52,034 nucleotides of DNA. It comes from a virus. Its lineage: Duplodnaviria; Caudoviricetes. The stretch covers positions 1 to 52,034 of IMG/VR virus record IMGVR_UViG_3300020530_000010; one strand, written 5' to 3'. Shown here in pieces: positions 48,295 through 52,034 of the stretch. Within the stretch, counting starts at the first letter, position 1; each line of letters opens with the position of its first letter. Below the pieces are notes generated by a model. It was not told the DNA's origin and searched no databases. It was given only the letters and a program-made list of their open reading frames with translations. The translations under genes were made by a program, and so were the position numbers.

Positions 48295-48305
48295 GCAGAA
48301 AACTT

Positions 48306-48342
48306 AAAAAAAAAGCCCGAAAAGCTTCTTGCTCTTCGGGCT
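48306..48342 (-). terminator. Intrinsic terminator
   Basis: AGCCCGAAGAGC-AAGAA-GCTTTTCGGGCT followed by a long T run. Confidence 0.9.
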
Positions 48343-48364
48343 AGAAAAAAGACCTTTATAGTGT

Positions 48365-48703
48365 TCAATCTTGTTCTTTAGTATCTGACGTTGCAGATGA
48401 TGGTGGACCAAGAGAAATTTCGTCTGCCATAACGCAAACTGAATTTCGCGGATTCCCCTCTTTATCTTGATAGTCATCTATCTTTATCTTTCCTTGAACA
48501 CCAACAAGTCTTCCCTTTTTCAATAAATCCTTTAGAGCTTCTGCCATCTTGCCAAAACACAAAACATTTAGATATAGTGTGTCTTCATTTCGCCTATCAT
48601 TCACGGCCATTCTAAATTTTGCCATGGATGTACCCTTTTGGGTAACATTAAATTCTGCATCTTTTGTCAAACGGCCACAACCAAGCCAAGTATTAATATT
48701 CAT
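48365..48703 (-). CDS. ssb: Single-stranded DNA-binding protein
   Basis: GRLTKDAE, FRMAVN, FGKMAE, KGRLVGVQGKI. Confidence 0.92.
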   Translation of the reverse strand: MNINTWLGCGRLTKDAEFNVTQKGTSMAKFRMAVNDRRNEDTLYLNVLCFGKMAEALKDLLKKGRLVGVQGKIKIDDYQDKEGNPRNSVCVMADEISLGPPSSATSDTKEQD

Positions 48704-48705
48704 AA

Positions 48706-49026
48706 TTATACCTCCAGTGCTGAACGAATTCTACCACGTACTACTTGCGTATTTCCACGATTATATGTTCCAAGTGTTGCACTATGAACATTTCTAGCAA
48801 ACCTTCTAGACAAGCCAAATAGGCTTGCAGCAAACTCTGTGCCCTCTCTGGTGTTGTTAATTAATCCATAGCCAGACTTGTGAGCAAGTGCTGTCAGTGG
48901 ATTTAACTCAAAACCACGAAATGGACCACTCATAATTTTAGCAACAATCTTATTATCCTTTGATACGTTCCAATGGTACGCACCGGAAACATTATACAAT
49001 CTATCATAAAATTCTCTAGTATTCAT
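48706..49026 (-). CDS. Hypothetical protein
   Basis: 106 aa, AGGAG RBS. Confidence 0.7.
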   Translation of the reverse strand: MNTREFYDRLYNVSGAYHWNVSKDNKIVAKIMSGPFRGFELNPLTALAHKSGYGLINNTREGTEFAASLFGLSRRFARNVHSATLGTYNRGNTQVVRGRIRSALEV

Positions 49027-49073
49027 CTTTTGCTTCTCCTAATTCGTAAACAAATAAAACTAATCAACATATC

Positions 49074-49244
49074 TCACTCTTCGCTGAATTTTTGTATATT
49101 TTCTGCTCCAAGTTGAAGATAATTTTCTAACTTAAAAATTTCTTGAGAAATATTGTCTTTTTGCTTATTAAGATCTGACAATAATCCCTCTACATTTTTT
49201 AAATGTGCCTGTGCTAACAAAATAATTTCATTTTTTAGTGACAT
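49074..49244 (-). CDS. Small coiled-coil protein (56 aa, below the ORF-track cut-off)
   Basis: AGGAG RBS; MSLKNEIILLAQAHL...QKFSEE; fills the gap behind a promoter. Confidence 0.7.
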   Translation of the reverse strand: MSLKNEIILLAQAHLKNVEGLLSDLNKQKDNISQEIFKLENYLQLGAENIQKFSEE

Positions 49245-49265
49245 AACTTTCTCCTGTATTAACTT

Positions 49266-49294
49266 ATTATACTGTGAGCTATATAGTTTTGCAA
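49266..49294 (-). promoter_or_regulatory. Sigma70-like promoter
   Basis: TTGCAA-17 nt-TATAAT upstream of RBS and ATG 49244. Confidence 0.7.
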
Positions 49295-49501
49295 TTAAGT
49301 TTCTTCTGTTATATAATCTAAAACCTGTTCATGAGTCCAATCGTTTTTATACTCTCCAAATGTAGCCAGTTGTGCCAATTCTCTATAGTCTTTTTCTAAT
49401 TGTACTATCAATTGAACTAATATAATTGAATTATTGGATATAATACAATCATTAACCAGGCTTTCTATTTCTTCAAATCTTGTTTTCATAGGGTCCATCA
49501 A
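49295..49501 (-). CDS. Small hypothetical protein
   Basis: 68 aa ORF in gene run; exact start uncertain. Confidence 0.55.
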   Translation of the reverse strand: MMDPMKTRFEEIESLVNDCIISNNSIILVQLIVQLEKDYRELAQLATFGEYKNDWTHEQVLDYITEET

Positions 49502-49505
49502 CTGG

Positions 49506-49961
49506 TCAAAGATCTTTATTATTTGGCTGTGACATATCGTAGTATTTTATATCAATATTTGCTTCTTTAAATAATTGTCGTGATAATATAAAGTCTTCTT
49601 CCCATCTAGTATTTGTGTTTTTTGGTGCTACTACTTTTTTTATTCCAGATTGTATTATCAACCCAGCACATCTAGGACAAGGCTCAAATGGAAAAGTATA
49701 TAATGTACAGTCATCAACAGTTTTGTTGGCTGAAAGAATTGCATTAATTTCACCATGGACTATTATTTTATACTTCGTATCTCTATCTTGTAGTCTTTCA
49801 TCATCTTTTATATTTGTGGGAAATCCATTGTAACCAACAGAAACAATTTTTTTATTTCTGTCTACAATAACTGCACCAACTTTAGTTGAAGGATCTTTTG
49901 ACCAATCAGATATAAATCTGGCTAATTCTAGAAATCTAATATCCCAATTTTGAGCATTCAT
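49506..49961 (-). CDS. dCMP deaminase
   Basis: SKDPSTKVGAVIV, GYNG, HGEINA, PCPRC. Confidence 0.93.
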   Translation of the reverse strand: MNAQNWDIRFLELARFISDWSKDPSTKVGAVIVDRNKKIVSVGYNGFPTNIKDDERLQDRDTKYKIIVHGEINAILSANKTVDDCTLYTFPFEPCPRCAGLIIQSGIKKVVAPKNTNTRWEEDFILSRQLFKEANIDIKYYDMSQPNNKDL

Positions 49962-50094
49962 ACCATAATAATCCAAGATTAGCAAAAGTGTATCCGGCCC
50001 ACATAACACTATGTGGATAGTCCTTTTGCAATAAACAAGATATACTAGTCATTAAATATAAAAATGTAGATATAGCTACGCAGCTGACTGCCAT
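49936..50094 (-). CDS. Small membrane protein (52 aa, below the ORF-track cut-off)
   Basis: TAATG coupling to guaC stop; MAVSCVAISTFLYLM...WAGYTFANLGLLWY, two hydrophobic segments. Confidence 0.6.
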   Translation of the reverse strand: MAVSCVAISTFLYLMTSISCLLQKDYPHSVMWAGYTFANLGLLWYECSKLGY

Positions 50095-51206
50095 TATAAA
50101 CTCCTATCAAAATGTGTTCTATTGACTCTTATAAACTCAGCACATTTTGGTAAATCTTTTAATGAATTAGCTCCAACATAAGCGCATGCACTTCTAATGC
50201 CACCAGTAATATCATCAAGAATACTAGATGCACATCCTTTATATGGAACATTTATCACTCTTCCTTCGCTGGCTCTATAGTTTTTTATTCCACCGTATTT
50301 TTGTTGAGCTTCATGCGAACTCATGCCATAAAATTTTAATGATATTTTATTTTTTACTATTTGTGGTTTCCAAAATGGAGTATTTAATCCATTAACATCT
50401 ATATTATTTTCATCATATTTATATTCATATTCCCACTCGCCTTCGCATTGCTCTGTACCGGCAAGCATTCCGCCAATCATAACAAAATCGGCATTAGCTG
50501 CAAAAGCCTTTACAATATCCGATGATGTTCTACAGCCACCATCTGCACATATTAATCCTAATCTTTTATCTCCACTTTTAAGGCCGTGAGCGGCATGTGA
50601 GCACTCAGAAATAGCTGATAGTTGAGGAAACCCAATTCCGGTTTTTAGTCTTGTGGTACATGCAGATCCTGGACCGATTCCCACTTTTACAATATCAACT
50701 CCACCGTGCAAGATTAGTTCTTGAACCATTTCTGGTGTACATACATTTCCTGCCATTATTATTGGTCTTGATCCAAATTTATTTCTTACATTGTTGCAGC
50801 AGTTTACAAAATCGTCAGTATATCCATTAGCAACATCTATACATATATTTGGAATATCACCAATAGCATTAGAAATTTGTTCTAATTTTAGTATATCTTC
50901 TTTTTTAATTCCAATACTTACCCATTGATAATTAAGATCTGATATATTTTCTAAATAGTCATCTATATTATAGTGCTTGTGCAAACATGTTATAGATTTA
51001 TATTCTATCAACTTTTGAGACATTGCGAACGTGCCAGTAGAATCCATATTCGCAGCCATTATGGGAACACCGTTCCATTTTTGTTCAGAATGGTAGAAAG
51101 AAATTGTTTTTTCTAATACTACTTCTTGGCGTGATGCGGCTCTTGATCTTTGCGGAACAAGCAAAACATCATCAAAATCTAATTTAATATCATTATTTAT
51201 CTTCAT
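50094..51206 (-). CDS. guaC: GMP reductase
   Basis: LDFDDVLL.P.RS, AANMD, DVANGY, VGIGPGSACTTR, PQLSA, FYGMSS, YRASEG; no CBS domains. Confidence 0.92.
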   Translation of the reverse strand: MKINNDIKLDFDDVLLVPQRSRAASRQEVVLEKTISFYHSEQKWNGVPIMAANMDSTGTFAMSQKLIEYKSITCLHKHYNIDDYLENISDLNYQWVSIGIKKEDILKLEQISNAIGDIPNICIDVANGYTDDFVNCCNNVRNKFGSRPIIMAGNVCTPEMVQELILHGGVDIVKVGIGPGSACTTRLKTGIGFPQLSAISECSHAAHGLKSGDKRLGLICADGGCRTSSDIVKAFAANADFVMIGGMLAGTEQCEGEWEYEYKYDENNIDVNGLNTPFWKPQIVKNKISLKFYGMSSHEAQQKYGGIKNYRASEGRVINVPYKGCASSILDDITGGIRSACAYVGANSLKDLPKCAEFIRVNRTHFDRSL

Positions 51207-51265
51207 ATCATAGGGTCCAATGTTGTATCAACGATCTTTATTGTGTGGGTAATACAATGTAAGTA

Positions 51266-51291
51266 AACGGAGCGAGTTTCCCCACTCCGTT
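51266..51291 (-). terminator. GNRA-capped stem-loop downstream of rIIB
   Basis: AACGGAGTGGG-GAAA-CTCGCTCCGTT, 11-bp stem with two G-U pairs that only form on the - strand. Confidence 0.65.
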
Positions 51292-51309
51292 ATACTCACA
51301 TTCACTCAA

Positions 51310-52034
51310 TCACGCACCTACCAATTCTCTATCCATACGCTTTGCAAGCACAGCATTAATCTTATCAATCTTTGCAGTTACTTCAACAACCCACTCACGA
51401 TTACGTTGCTTCCGCTTAACATGATCAATATCACTATCGGTCATATGTACAACCTTATCGAAAATACTATCAAATTCAGCAACAACCTCGTAGCGGCAAC
51501 AGCGAAGCTTTTGAAACTTATGATCACTAGGAACGCTAACAACATCACGCGGATTTACCTTACAAATCATAAGACGATTTCCGCCATCATTATCTTCATC
51601 ATCAATATTAATACCGCCATAACTCTTTGCGTAATCAATCGCTCCAACGTGTAAGCCATGGCCACAACCATTATCACGATTATTATCCACCTTGTGGCGA
51701 TGAACTTGACACACTGATCCAATACTGTTATCAAAAGTGCCAGAATAAATATCTTTATAATCTTCCCGGACAGCCTTATAAGCCAAGAAACATCCATCAT
51801 AAGTTATTGGCATATTCTTATTTTCCATAAAATCAAACAATTCTACAACCGCATGGTCAGAAGGATTCTGACTGAGATTATCAAGGAAATTAAGCATTGG
51901 CTCAAATGGAAAGCCCTGCTTAACCATATCAATAATGGTATTTGTAAACATATTGGGCATTTTAATTCCATCCCATGTTAACGATCCATCTGTACAGTTA
52001 ACATAACCATCACAGTAAGCGTTCACATGTGAAA
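51310..52034 (-). CDS. rIIB: rIIB-like protein (5' end beyond the window)
   Basis: NL.QNPS...ELFDF, PIT.DG.FLAYKAV, C..GLHVG..DY, VNPRDVVSVP.D...KLRCCRYEV. Confidence 0.88.
   Translation of the reverse strand, partial: SHVNAYCDGYVNCTDGSLTWDGIKMPNMFTNTIIDMVKQGFPFEPMLNFLDNLSQNPSDHAVVELFDFMENKNMPITYDGCFLAYKAVREDYKDIYSGTFDNSIGSVCQVHRHKVDNNRDNGCGHGLHVGAIDYAKSYGGINIDDEDNDGGNRLMICKVNPRDVVSVPSDHKFQKLRCCRYEVVAEFDSIFDKVVHMTDSDIDHVKRKQRNREWVVEVTAKIDKINAVLAKRMDRELVGA

Noticed and set aside
51207-51309. tRNA or riboswitch upstream of guaC
   Set aside because: Only one GNRA hairpin is evident; no cloverleaf or purine-riboswitch core recognised (a covariance-model search would settle it)
5881-51830. Many short + strand ORFs in the track
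   Set aside because: Antisense shadows of well-supported - strand genes, without RBS or motifs
1-52034. Stop-codon reassignment
   Set aside because: Conserved genes are full length in code 11, and TAA, TAG and TGA all end genes at sensible positions

Overview
52 kb segment of a large, AT-rich (about 30% GC by eye) tailed dsDNA bacteriophage genome, standard genetic code, densely packed with translationally coupled genes. Two + strand putative virion genes (2-3933) converge at a hairpin on one long - strand gene block. That block holds: a Rad52-like annealing protein; an ~11 kb glycan-biosynthesis island; a replication set (SSB, DnaE split in two without inteins around an ATT-initiated DEDDh exonuclease and an EndoVII-type nuclease, primase, DnaB, RecA, Cas4-like nuclease); nucleotide metabolism (dNMP kinase, dUTPase, NrdAB, dCMP deaminase, GMP reductase, NDT-like hydrolase, second deaminase); PhoH; a late envelope module; a small sigma factor; and rIIB at the right edge. 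The best candidate for an undescribed system is the late module: a membrane-anchored PAS protein, a holin-like protein and a papain-family protease in a row, followed by a fibre protein, a trypsin-like protease and lipoprotein/membrane genes, with no recognisable peptidoglycan hydrolase in the window. No rRNA, tRNA or CRISPR array was seen. All family calls come from motif recognition by eye, not database searches.
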